Source: Octopus sinensis
Taxonomy: Eukaryota
Assembly: GCF_006345805.1 (NCBI RefSeq)
Contig: NC_043000.1
Coordinates: forward strand, 147,746,001 to 147,810,000
Direction of reading: 5' to 3'
DNA length: 64,000 bases
Part shown: one piece after another, positions 24,182-37,281 of the stretch
Position numbering within the stretch: position 1 is the stretch's first letter
How the letters are laid out: every line of letters starts with the position of its first letter
Position numbers and translations under genes: made by a program
The notes under the pieces: generated by a model
Databases searched by the model: none
Seen by the model: the letters and a program-made list of their open reading frames with translations, nothing else
Told to the model about the DNA's origin: nothing

Positions 24182-25046
24182 CGTGCGTGTGTATGTGTGT
24201 GTTTGCATGCATGGTCATGCGAGTATATGTATGTATGTGTGTGAATGCTTAGTACATGTGTCCTCTATGTGTATCTATCTATACATACATACATACATAC
24301 ACACACACATACATACATACATACATACATACACACATTCACATACATACATACATACATTTATTTATTTATTTATTTATTTAGATGTTGGTACTTATAG
24401 CTGATATAGATAAGATAACCTCAGTTATTGAGGCATTGTGTTCACAATTTAGTTTTATTTTACCCTCGCAGAATAGGCAGAGGTAAAATATCCATGGTTT
24501 TATTGAAAAAATTTCAGTGCTTGATCTAAGGTCTAGTAATAGCTACCAGGCACCTGTTAAAGTTTAGTATCCTAGGTCCCCTATATGTTAATATCAAGTT
24601 TTGGAGTTAGTAGAATGTGGTGCTTGAAAGTCATTCTGGTAGTACTGAACATTTCACATAGCTATTATAGAAGCTCTCTTGTTATACATGTTGTTTAGTG
24701 GAGACCTGTTTTGTAAACTTAGTATCTCCAAAGATTTTTTTTTTCTATTGAAGTCTAAACAGAAAGTAAATATTTCTAAAGTGCTCCCTAACATACTTTT
24801 CCCATTGTTTGAAATTCAGCTCACTTCTCAAAACAATGGTAAAAGCATGAGCAAAGGTCATCTTACCCCAAAGATACCAGTTAAGTGATATATATATATA
24901 TAATGCTCCATTCCTTCAGTTAGCTTCTCAGCAGTCAAGGCTGTTACCAAAATCCTTAGAATTGTTGCTGTTTGTATCATATTGGTTATCACTTGTATTT
25001 TATTATTTTTTTCCCCCAGCATTCGGATTGTGTGGTTGAAAAAAGG

Positions 25047-25110
25047 ATGACTTTAGAAACCAATGAAATTAATATGGTTCACCAACTTGCTGAGGTGGTG
25101 CATTACCAAA
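25047..25110 (+). CDS. STK11IP: STK11IP coding exon 1 (exon starts 25020; MTLETNEINMVHQLAEVVHYQ)
   Basis: Acceptor ttttttcccccag|25020, ATG 25047, donor A|gtaagt, phase 1. Confidence 0.85.
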
Positions 25111-26115
25111 GTAAGTTTTTCTTTTTTCACTTTCAATAACTTGACAATTTTTAATCATATTTTTTTCCTTTTTTGTGTGTGTCTTCCTTTTTTTTTTGTT
25201 TTTTAAACAATTATATTCTCCAAAATGAAGATAATTATTTATAAAAAAAACAACAAAAAACGCGTTTAGGCTTGGCTATGTATAAGTACAGGCATGGCCG
25301 TGTGGTATGAACCTTGTGGTTGCTTCCCAATCACATGGTTCTGGGTTGTTCCCATGTGTGGCACCTGAGGCAAGTGTCTTCTACTATAGGCCTGGGCCAA
25401 CCAAAGCCTTGTGAGTATATTTGGTAGATGAAAAGTTAAAGAAACATATGTAATATATATATATTTCTTTACTATCCACAAGGGGCTAAACATAGAGGGG
25501 ACAAACAAGGACAGACAAACGGATTAAGTCGATTATATCGACCCCAGTGCGAAATTGGTACTTTATTTATCGACCCCGAAAGGATGAAAGGCAAAGTCTA
25601 CCTCGGCGGAATTTGAACTCAGAACATAACATCAGACGAACTACTGCTAAGCATTTCGCCCGGCGCGCTAACGTGTCTGCCAGCTCGCCGCCTTAATATG
25701 TAATATATATATATATATGTACTATATATATATGTGTGGGTTCAACCTCCACCAGTGTTGGTTTGTTTACGTTCCCATAGCTTTAGCAGTTTGGCAAAAA
25801 AGACTGATGAAATAAGTACCAGATTTGTTTGACTTTACTTTTCAAGGCAGTGCCCCAGCAAGGCCACAGTATGATAATTGATGCAACTAAAAGATAAAGA
25901 AAATTTATGTCTTTTTACATATCTCATTGTGTTTTTCTCTCTCTAACAATATTACAGTAAAAAGCATAAATGTCAAAAGTTAGTATCCTATGAAGAAAAG
26001 AAAGGCCCCTCTGACATGACCACATTCACTGTGCTAACATAACTCTCACATTTTTTGTATTTTGTTTCATTTATTCTTGCCAATACATGCCACCACTTAT
26101 CTTATTTAAATTATA

Positions 26116-26570
26116 CTAGCAGTATCGCCCGGCGTTGCTCGGGTTTGTAAGGGAAATAACTATAAAGCATTTTTAGAGAGTCATAGCCAAAAGATTTTTG
26201 ATTTTGATTTTTCCAGTTTCAGCTTATGAGCTGTGGCCATGCTGGGGCACCGTAAAAAAATGCATTAAAAATGGAAAAAAAATGATGGTAAATTTTTTTT
26301 TAAATCGTTGACTCATCGTAGACATTTTTAGAGAGTTACTTCCCTTATATAATAGCGAAAAAATGCATTAAAATGGAAAAAAATGATGGAAATTTTTTTT
26401 TTAAATCGTAGACTCATTGTAGATGTGTGCTAATACCCAGAAGGGCTCGATATGAATCACGACTATAAGATACCCGCTTTTGGTTAAACTGCACCGCAAA
26501 ATGTGGGAGTAGTTAGGAATCGAAATCGTAGGAGACAGACACACAACTTGACTTTTATATATAAAGAAGA
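26116..26570 (-). mobile_element. Non-autonomous Helitron
   Basis: On the minus strand it starts TC, ends CTAG preceded by hairpin CCCGAGCAACGCCGGG, and sits between A and T with no TSD. Internal tandem duplication; SINE-tail fragment at ~26190-26252. Confidence 0.85.
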
Positions 26571-26671
26571 TTACTAATATCTTCAGTCACTTATTTAACT
26601 GTAATTTATGACATATACAACAAAAGACAAGACTTTCATTTTACTTACAATATTATCTTTCGTCATATCAG

Positions 26672-26874
26672 GTAACAAAATTTTCCGAGGAGAGGGCCGA
26701 CTTAACCTTTCTACACACACATTAGTCTTTCTTAATCAAGCAACACAGGAAGGTTTCCTCTCCAGCTATCATAAAGAACATGATCTTACAACTGAAAAAC
26801 AGCAGGAACTGGATAAATTAAAAAGTGACATCCATTTTGTAACTGATGTACTGGTGGACACAACTGCTCTAAAG
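26672..26874 (+). CDS. STK11IP: STK11IP coding exon 2 (S-NKIFRGEGRLNLSTHTLVFLNQ...FVTDVLVDTTALK)
   Basis: tatcag|GTAAC ... AAG|gtttgt; phase 1 to 0; 203 nt. Confidence 0.9.
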
Positions 26875-26940
26875 GTTTGTTACCCTTGTTTTATTTTGTC
26901 TTTTAACTCCCTTCCCCTCCCCCCTGCCATTTATATTTAA

Positions 26941-27161
26941 CCCTTTCGTTACCAACCCGGCTGAAACCGGCTCTAGCTCTTTGGTACAAATGTCTTGTTT
27001 TCATAAGTTTTGAATTAAAATCTTCCACCAAACCTTAGTCACAATTTAAGTTCCTAACACTAGCTGACTGATAACTGAGTTATTTTACTAAATTCTTTGT
27101 TATACTTAAAGTAATTGAAAGAAAAACAGAGCATCTCAAAAGAAATACGGTAACAAAAGGG
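26941..27161. mobile_element. piggyBac-like MITE (second copy in opposite orientation 52477-52697)
   Basis: TIR CCCTTTCGTTACC / GGTAACAAAAGGG; TTAA on the left; the 52 kb copy has TTAA on both sides. Confidence 0.85.
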
Positions 27162-29597
27162 TATCCTCCTCATGTTTTAACCCTTTTTAGCATTTAAACC
27201 AGTTATATCTGGCCGAAATATTCTACCTGTTTTATGTTTAAAATGTCAAGATCGGGCTTCTTACACCTATCTTATATATAGCCCCGGGCCGACCAATGCC
27301 TTGTGAGTGGATTTGGTAGACGGAAACTGAAAGAAGCCTGTCGTATATATGTATATATATATATGTATGTGTGTGTGTGTTTGTGTGTCTGTGTTTGTCT
27401 CTCTAGCATTGCTTGACAACCGATGCTGGTGTGTTTACGTCCCCGTCACTTAGCGGTTCGGCAAAAGAGACCGATAGAATAAGTACTGGGGCTTACAAAG
27501 AATAAGTCCCGGGGTCGATTTGCTTGACTAAAGGTGGTGCTCCAGCATGGCCGCAGTCAAATGATTGAAACAAGTAAAAGATAGTAAAGAGTAATGTAAT
27601 ATATTCACAAGGAGTCACTTGTAATGATGTGTCTGTCTGTTGCCTTTCCAATCTTATACTATGAGTAATACAAGATGAGATCAATAATAATGGTAATGCA
27701 GCATATGCCCAATAACTTGAACAATAAGGAGGGTCTATAGTTCTTACATAAGTAATTTGCTAATTTTTGTACGGAAGAAAAGTATAGTTGATTGCATTAA
27801 ACCCAATATATCATTAGTATACATCGGACCACTCTGGCTCAGGTATCAAACACCTTCACTTAAAGGTTTGCTTATGGGTTGCAAGTTCAAAACCTTGTCA
27901 CAGTCATTTTATTCTTTTAGGTTTGAACTTCATATCACAGGATGGTCATGGTTAGAATGTCTTCAATCATAGCTATGTTTGATCAAAGAAGCAAATTTGT
28001 CCACTTCTGTCACAGTTTAAATCGTGGCCGTTCGCCAGCCTCGTCTGGCACCTGTGTCGGTGGCACATAAAAAGCACCCACTACACTCGCAGAGTGGTTG
28101 GCATTAGGAAGGGCATCTAGTCGTAGAAACATTGCCAGATAAGACTGGAGCCTGGTGCAGCTTCCTGGCTTCCCAGACCCCAGTTGAACCGTCCAACCCA
28201 TGCTAGCATGGAAAGCGGACGCTAAACGATGATGATGATGATTGACCACCCATGTAAAGGATTTGTACTTAGGAATAAAAATGGTTACAAATTAAATTCT
28301 GTGATGCATTTAGTGTAAAATTCTACTGTCTCTGCTATTCTCCATTCTTTGAATTTATTGTTGTTTTCTAATAGCTACAAATTGAGTTTCTCTTTCCATT
28401 ATGCAATGAATGATTCTGAATATTTGTTTATTTATAAAAGGATTGTTGAATCTTGTTGATGTTGGGCTTTTAGCTTCATGTGATGTGAGAATGAGTTGTC
28501 GCATTTTCACTTCACTTTATTTGACTAAACTAACTTGACAAATCTGTCTGGTAGCAGATAAATGAATTGTGGACCATCAAATGTTCATATATTTTGTTTG
28601 ACTGATCATTATCAATTGGTAGGCAATTAAACTTATGGAACAGATGTAGCGAAATGATTTAGGAGTTTATTTCTCTATCATGAGGTCCCAAGTTCGATCC
28701 CACTATATGACACCCCAAGTTAGCTTAAGCCTTGTGGGTGAATTAAGTTAACGGAAACTACAGGAACTGTTTGAAATCCTATTATGTTTGCTGAAATGTG
28801 TACCAGTGGCATGAATTATCTACAACTACAAATTTGAAACTTAAGAGGCAGTTGTATGGCACTCACCATGGTAAGCAGTGGCTTGAAGAACAAAAATACA
28901 GCCACTACTTCACTGTTCTTATGATTCATAGTGTATTTGTGTATGTGTACATACAATTGCTTCCCTCTTATGACCAGAGATGTATTATATATCAGAATAG
29001 CCCGTGGGATTCAGAAGTTTACCATGTTGCAAGACCAGATCATCTGTTTATATTTATCATGCAGGTGATCAAATTGAATTTGGAGTACATCAATCTCACC
29101 AGTCTAGGAGGGTCTGCAAAGGTCATAGACACTGACTGACCACTTCTAACTAACTTCTATCCAATGATATGTGTCCTCCTATCATAAAGTTTTACATAGC
29201 GGAGTAGATTACAGGACACTGTAGACTATATTAACACAGGAAATATCAAAGATATACTACATTTACACAAGTACTCAGCCCTCTCAAATGTGTGAACTCC
29301 ACTTTTTGCAAATCAGTAATGTATTTTATCCTCTTTTGACACTTGAGTGTCATGCTAATCCCGCCCCCCACCTCCTCCACTTTGATCCTGTTGTTTTGTA
29401 TTAAATATCTTGTATTATGTGTATGAGTAAATATGTTAATTATAAATTAAGCACCCTCTTAGGAATGCTTTCAGTCATAATATCCCTTTAAGCAGATTTT
29501 AAGTTTACTGGGGAAACAGGTGAGTGGTTTCTCTCCAAGGAATCACTTAACTAATTCAAGCAAGTGTGAAGTAATAAGCATGAGTAGTAGTAGTAGT

Positions 29598-29630
<33 letters not shown>

Positions 29631-29949
29631 ATAGTGGTGGTGGTAGTGGCAGTATTAGTGATGTTTTATAATAATAATAATAATAATAATAATGGTTCAA
29701 ATTTTGGCACAAGGCCAGCAATTTTGAGGAGGGGAAAAGTTGATTTCATCAGCTCCAGTGTTTAACTGGGGCTGATGTTATCCCTGAAGAGATGAAAGGC
29801 AAAGTAGATCTTGGCAGAATTTGAACTCAGAAAGTTAAAACTGATGAAATGCCACTAAGCATTTTGCCTGGCATGCTAATGATCCTGCTAGTTCGTTGCC
29901 CTTTTTTTATAATGATAATAATAATAACAAGAATACTAATAATGAACCC

Positions 29950-30176
29950 AACTGCTCTCAAAAATTAAGTAAAAATACCTGAAAAATTATCCGGAATCCT
30001 TGTCTAGTACTGGATCGATCCCAAAATCTAATCAGTTCGTACCAGTCATGAGGCCAAACATCCCTGAAAGTTTCATCCAAATCCATCCAGTGGTTCATGA
30101 GATATCTTGTCCATGGAAAACAAACAAACACAACTGTAAACAATACCCCCGCCTTCGCTAAGGTGGAAGTAATAAT
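29950..30176 (+). mobile_element. HINE/DINE-1-like (non-autonomous Helentron) fragment
   Basis: Terminal stem-loop CCGCC-TTCGCTAA-GGTGG followed by AAGTAATAA, preceded by (CAAA)n and a 'GAAAGTTTCATCCAAATCCATCC' body typical of such elements. Confidence 0.5.
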
Positions 30177-31439
30177 ACACACATATAGGTACAATTAAAT
30201 GATATTCTATCAAATAATGTGGTTCTCTGCTCTGTCATGACGACCACATTTTCTATTGTATTTCAATTAATTTCTGTATTATTTATCATGTACAACCAAA
30301 AACAATATGTTGCAGTTGTTTTGTAATTGCAACAGATTTAATATTTCATGCTTTATTTTATTTTTAAACTTCATTCAAATAGAACCAACTGACTCATTGT
30401 AATTATAGCCTCATTGTAATTATTATCATTACCATTGTTATTATTAGCACTTATTCTTTGTTACCTCTCACTACTGTCTTGAGTTCAAATCAGATGGAAA
30501 TGAGTTGGCGTTTCATCATACTCTTTTACTTGTTTCAGTCATTTGACTGCGGCCATGCTGGAGCACCGCCTTTAATCGAGCAACTCGACCCCGAGACTTA
30601 TTCTTTTTGTAAGCCCAGTACTTATTCTATCGGTCTCTTTTGCCGAACCGTTAAGTAACGTGGACATAAACACAGCAGCATCGGTTGTCAAGCAATGCTA
30701 GGGGGACACACACAAACACACACACACATATATATATATATACATATATACGACAGGCTTCTTTCAGTTTCCGTCTACCAAACCCACTCACAAGGCTTTG
30801 GTCGGCCCGAGGCTATAGTAGAAGACACTTGCCCAAGGTTCCATGCAGTGGGACTGAACCCGGAATCATGTGGTTGGTAAACAAGCTACTTACCATACAG
30901 CCACTCCTGCGCATATTTATAATTTTGTTTTAAAAAAAACATTACCAGCTTTACCCTAGAGTTAACTAAACAAATTAGCTGGTACCTATTTTATCAAATC
31001 ATCTCTTATAAATAGATGGTGCCAGTGCCTAATTTTTATCATTATCATTAGGCACATAAAAAGCACCATCCGAACATGGCCGATGCCAGCACTGCCTTGA
31101 CTGGCTTCTGTGCCGGTGGCACGTAAAAAGTACCAACCGATCATGGCCGCTGCCAGCCTCCCCTGGCACCTGTGCCGGTGGCATGTAAAAAGCACCCACT
31201 ACACTCATGGAGTGGTTGGCATTAGGAAGGGCATCCAGCTGCAGAAACACTGCCAAATTAGACTAGAGCCTGGTGCAGCCTCCTGGCTTCCCAAACCCTG
31301 GTCGAACCTTTGAACCCATGCTAGCATGGAAAACAAACGTTAAATGATGATGATGATAATTCATCTTTCTTTTTTTATTATTGAATTCTATTCAGTGCTT
31401 CACATTATTGCTAGGGTTAATTTTTTTTCTACCTACCAA

Positions 31440-31800
31440 GTTTACTTACCTAGTTCCTTTGCTTCCTAGAGAGCATAGGCCATTGACAACTTTTCTCAAC
31501 TGTTCTCAATTCTGGGTTGTCTCTTCTGCTTCTCTCTAGATAGATCCCTGCTTCTTGTAGCTTCCTTTCAAATTTTGAAGGGCTTTTCTCTCAGGTCTTG
31601 TTGGTTTTGAAGTTTCATCGATGCTTCTGTACCTTTGCTGTTTTCATTTGAGAATAGGTGGTCCATATTATTCAGGCCTCTCTCCTGTAACCTGTCCAGT
31701 ACGGGCGGTCCTGCCAGGAGCTTGTGCTCTGCTGGCATAGCACTCAGGGTCATTGAGGCATGCAAGCCACCACACTGCAATAAGGATTGGACCTTGTAGT
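31440..31800 (-). mobile_element. Decayed RTE LINE 3' end with (AAGT)n-like tail
   Basis: Minus strand LQEAGIYLER followed by GTTGTCAATGGCCTATGCTCTCTAGGAAGCAAAGGAACTAGGTAAGTAA, a typical RTE terminus. Confidence 0.5.
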
Positions 31801-33437
31801 TGAATAAACTAAGTACAGGTGATATACTGAGGTCAGTTTAATTGGCTATAAAGTCTCCCAATATATAATTGATCTCGTGTCCTGTTGAAAGAAATCATTA
31901 TAGAAATTAGAATAACATCTTAATGAAGTGTAGCAGGGGTGGGAGCAAAGCTTCTCAGGTTTGCTAAAATGATTCAACTTTCCCAGCAGATCTTCCTGGT
32001 CTGATTTTCATTATTCATTGGATTAGTTGACTTAGACACAGACCATGGGATTGCACCTAGAAAGTTACCCTCCTAGACACAAGTCCGGGCGAGGTTGTTT
32101 ATGGAAGACGAGCAGTCGCCCATGCATATCAGCCTCCCCTCTCCACGCCACCAGTGTTATCCAAGGAAAAGACAAAGGTCGATACAGCTTGGCACCAGTG
32201 ACGTTGCAACTCATTTCTACAGCTGAGTGAACTGGAACAACGTGAAATAAAGTGCCTTGCTCAAGAACACAACACGCAGCCCGGTCCGGGATTCGAGCTC
32301 ACAACCTCACGATCGTAAGCTCGACGCTCTAACTACTGAGCCATGCGCCTTCACTGGATTAGTTGACTAGGGTAGTGAAAACTATGAATAGTATCAATTA
32401 CTTGGCTGTACAGTCAACTTAGATATAAATTTTAAACAGGACCCTGGTAATAGGAAGCTGATTAAGTTGCTTTAAATGTAGAACGACTACAGATTAGATT
32501 TTAGAATTTAGTTTCATTATGAGTTTTGCTTCAATTGATTCAGTTAATTTTTGATATGCATGACTTGCTGGATGTGCTTAACCGCTTTATGTTGTTTTCA
32601 GTAGTTTTTTCAGAAATGAAATGACTTAATACTATAAAGATACAGTGGAGAAAGAAAGAAATTGCTATATAAACTTAAGTAGTATTTCTTTAGGTCATTG
32701 AGTAACTAATGTAATCTTAACTTTTTATTTGTAATTAAGAAGGTAAATATACTGCAGTGGTTTTCTATTTTACCAGGTCCTCAAGAGCATGTAATTCTGT
32801 TATTGTAAACTAATGAACTATACTATTCCCCTGTTATTTAATACATCTTTGAAATTTTGTCTTTGTGTGCCCTGATATATCTTCACCTCCAGTTTCTCTC
32901 TTTTGCAACTTGAGTAAACATGTATCTCTCCTACAGCAAAGTATCCATTCTTATCCCTCTATCATACTTTAACCTTTCATCAAAGGTTAAAGCACAAAGC
33001 CACTTCCTTCAGTATTACACACCACCTCCATTGAAGGGGCCTTATCTTGTGAGTTACTTGGTGACATCACTGGTGCTGGTGCTATGCAAAAAGCATCCAG
33101 TACATGCTGTAGTGGTTGGCATTAGGAAGAGCATCCAGCCGTAGAAACCATGCCAAAGCAGACATTGGAGTTTGATGCAGTCCTCTGGTTTGCCGACTCC
33201 TATAACTTGTCCAGCCCATGCCAGCATGGAAAATAGACATTAAATGATGATGATATAAATTGCTTGACCGGACCAGTGAAAGATATGTGCTATTGTCAAA
33301 ATATAGTGTGTTGGTATCAGAATAGAAATGTTTCTATTTTTTAGTCCATCAGTTCACTTTGCTGTGGCTCTCACAAAAAAAAAAATACATATATAGAAAG
33401 AAAGATATTTATATTTGTTTCAAATGTCTAATTGCAG

Positions 33438-33605
33438 TTGTACCACCAGTTACATACAATACAAGGACCACTTGAAATTGGCATGTTCCAGGCATTAACT
33501 GAACTAAATATTAACCGTGTTCCTATTCATCTTATACAAGGGATTGCAAAGCTTAGGTCAACATTGAAACAGATTACAATCAGTCGAAGTTTGCAGACCT
33601 TAGAG
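33438..33605 (+). CDS. STK11IP: STK11IP coding exon 3 (LYHQLHTIQGPLEIGMFQALTELNINRVPIHLIQG...SRSLQTLE)
   Basis: ttgcag| ... GAG|gtaaga; 168 nt; phase 0-0; LRR-like. Confidence 0.92.
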
Positions 33606-34884
33606 GTAAGAATTCAAAATTATTATTTTTTAAGTTCACATTTTGCTTTTGTTTTTTTTTGTTTTTTTTTTTTTTTTTTTTTTTGGCTTTTTTAAAAAAT
33701 TGTTATGTCTATGTGTGTATGTGTGTGTGTGTATTCCCAGTGCTAACCTGTCAGAGAGTTTAGGAAATCTAGATATTAGCCAGTATACATAGAACAGATG
33801 TTTTTTCAAGTAAATATCCATCTCAGTGCAAACCAGTCAATTGTATGGCATATCAGAAGATGGTAAGTTAGCAGAACTGGGAGAGGGTTGAACTAAACAC
33901 TCTGCAGTGTATACTCTGTTATTCCTCTATATTTTGATTGCAGATGTTCTGGGTCAGACTTTGAACTTCCATCTGTACCGAATCAATAACAAAACTGCCA
34001 GTATTGTACTGATGTTGATGTGACTAATTATAACTTTATTTCGGTAATTAGTCTTGTACTTCAACAAGGAATCAAATCATAGACACAGGAGTGGCTGTGT
34101 GGTAAGTAGCTTGCTAACCAACCACATGGTTCCGGGTTCAGTCCCACTGCGTGGCATCTTGGGCAAGTGTCTTCTGCTATAGCCCTGGGCCGACCAATGC
34201 CTTGTGAGTGGATTTGGTAGACGGAAACTGAAAGAAGCCTGTTGTATATATGTATATATATATGTATGTGTTTGTCCCCCTACCATTGCTTGACAACCGA
34301 TGGTGGTGTGTTTACGTCCCCGTCACTTAGCGGTTCGGCAAAAGAGACCGATAGAATAAGTACTGGGCTTACAAAGAATAAGTCCCGGGGTCGATTTGCT
34401 CGACTAAAGGCGGTGCTCAAGCATGGTCGCAGTCAAATGACTGAAATAAGTAAAAGAGTGAAAGAGTGTATGCTGAAGCAATTTAGTAGTATGACTGTGT
34501 GGATATGAAATTCATTTTACAACCACGTAGTTCCAGATTCATGCCCACTTCACACTACCTTGGGCCAGTGTCTTCCACATTGAGGTCTTGGATTAATCAA
34601 TACCTTGTGAGTGGAATTTGGTAGGCACAAACTGTACAGAAGTTTTGTCTATTTAAATATAATGCTCTCTCTTTTACTCTTTTACTTGTTTCAGTCATTT
34701 GACTGCGGCCATGCTGGAGCACCGCCTTTTAGTCGAGCAACTCGACCCCGGGACTTATTCTTTGTAAGCCCAGTACTTATTTTATCGGTCTCTTTTGCCG
34801 AACCGCTAAGTGACGGGGACATAAACACACCAGCATCGGTTGTCAAGCAATGCTAGGAGGACAAACACAGACACACACACACAT

Positions 34885-34927
<43 letters not shown>

Positions 34928-35103
34928 TACGATGGGCTTCTTTCAGTTTCCGTCTACCAAATCCACTCACAAGGCTTTGGTCGGCCCGAGAATATAGTAG
35001 AAGACACTTGCCCAAGGTGCCACGCAGTGGGACTGAACCCGGAACCATGTGGTTGGTTAGCAAGTTACTTACCACACAGCCATCTTTTTTTTTTTTTTTT
35101 TGC

Positions 35104-35400
35104 TTACATGGGGGATCAGGGTGATGGTACGGTAGTTTGCGCAGTCCTTGGTATCTCTTTCTTTGGTATTGGGATGAAAACTGACCTCTTCCACTCCCTT
35201 GGCCACTTACAGGTTCTCCATATTCGTTGGCAAAGCGATGTTAGTGTTTTTGTTGGTATTGGCTTGAGTAATTCAAGAGTGATACCGGAATGGACATGGC
35301 CAATCTGAGGGAAGCGGCCCAGGATAGAACTAACTGGAGGACACTGATCCAACGAGTGACCGAGAGTCGACTTCGACTGAGCGGATAGAGGGAGCATATC
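35104..35400. mobile_element. BovB-like RTE fragment with 5' inversion
   Basis: About 35104-35290 on - reads SLCQRIWRTCKWPREWKRSVFIPIPKK/DTKDCANYRTITLIPHVS. About 35290-35390 on + reads GMDMANLREAAQDRTNWRTLIQRVTESRLRLSG* (BovB-like C-terminus). Confidence 0.75.
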
Positions 35401-35948
35401 TTTTGGCCAAGGATATAAAACTTTGGCAAACACCCCTCCCCCAAAACTGTTGCACTTCAAATGAAGTTTCTTACAATATTTGTTCTACACCAGGTTGCAG
35501 ACATTCCCTTTTCACTCCTACCTTCAAAGATCCTGTGAACCAGCAAATGGCTGGTTGGAGACCTGTAATCAGTGCTATCATGGTTCACCAATTAAAAAAG
35601 TAGCATGCCTTACCCACAATCCAATTCTAGTGGTCAAATGTAAACTCACCACTTTAAGCACTTCACCACAGTTTCTTGTCAGATTGTTTTTTTTTTGTTT
35701 TTTTATTATCTTTAGTATTGGAATCCAGAAGATGTAGCTTTGTTTATTGAATTATTTAGCATAATAATAATAATAATGAAATTATAGGCGTAGGAGTGGC
35801 TGTGTGGTAAGTAGCTTGCTAACCAACCACATGGTTCCAGGTTCAGTCCTACTGCGTGGCATCTTGGGCAAGTGTCTTCTGCTATAGCCCCGGGCCGACC
35901 AATGCCTTGTGAGTGGATTTGGTAGATGGAAACTGAAAGAAGCCTGTC

Positions 35949-36017
<69 letters not shown>

Positions 36018-36474
36018 TTATATATATGTGTGTGTGTTTGTGTGTGTCCCCCTAGCATTGCTTGACAACCGATGCTGGTGTGTTTACGTCCCCGTCACTT
36101 AGCGGTTCGGCCAAAGAGACCGATAGAATAAGTACTGGGCTTACGATTTGCTCGACTAAAGGCGGTGCTCCAGCATGGCCGCAGTCAAACGACTGAAACG
36201 AGTAAAAGAGAAAGAGTATTGTATACAGTGCTCAGGTGCACCACAATATTAGGAGATGAAGAAGTTTAGTAGTCCACCTTTTAATGGTGAGCTTAGACAT
36301 TAACTTTTAAGAATTATAGGTATGGCTGTGTGGTAAGAAGCTTGCTTTCCAACCTCATGGTTCTGTGTTTAATTCCACTGTATGTTCTGCTATAGCCTTG
36401 GGCCAACCAAAGCCTTGTGAGTAGATTTTGTAGATGGAAACTGAAAGAAGACCATTGTACGTACGTACGTACGT

Positions 36475-36515
<41 letters not shown>

Positions 36516-37281
36516 TATGTGTGTGTGGATATGTGTGTGTGAGTGTTTGTACTCCACCACCACCACCACTTGATAACCAGTGTTTATATCCCTGCAACTT
36601 AGTGGTTCAGCAAAAGAGACTGATAGAATAAGTATCAGGCTTTTAAAAAATATAAATAATGGGGCCAATTAATTTGACTAAAAATTCTTCAAGATGGTGT
36701 CCTAGCATGACTGCAGTCTAATGACAGGAACAAGTCAAAGATATAAGAATATGATATAGGCGCAGGAGTGGCTGTGTGGTAAGTAGCTTGTTTACCAACC
36801 ACATGGTTCTGGGTTCAGTCCCACTGCGTGGCACCTTGGGCAAGTGTCTTCTACTATAGCCTCAGGCTGACCAAAGCCTTGTGAGTGGATTTGGTAGACG
36901 GAAACTGAAAGAAGCCTGTCGTATATATGTATATATATATATGTGTGTGTGTTTGTGTGTCTGTGTTTGTGCCCCTAGCATTGCTTGACAACCAATGCTG
37001 GTGTGTTTATGTTCCCGTTACTTAGCGGTTCGGCAAAAGAGACCGATAGAATACGTACTGGGCTTACAAAAGAATAAGTCCCGGGGTCGAGTTGCTCGAT
37101 TAAAGGTGGTGCTCCAGCATGGTCACAGTCAAATGACTGAAAAAATAAAAGAGTAATAGAGCTGATAATGTTACTTCCTTTGTTTCTGTATAAAAATGTA
37201 TGAATTTTAATATTTTCTTGATGAGGCCTTCATATATTTTTTGGTCTAATTTCTTTTCTTTTTTTTTTTTTTTTTTTGCAG

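Noticed and set aside
26608-26940. ORF-track entries overlapping exons (26608, 33432, 37276, 39919, 46994, 52929, 55916) as stand-alone genes
   Set aside because: They are STK11IP exons extended into intron sequence; splice sites and phases define the real boundaries.
34850-35460. 152-aa and 114-aa ORFs as genes
   Set aside because: Read-through of a SINE plus the inverted BovB-like fragment.
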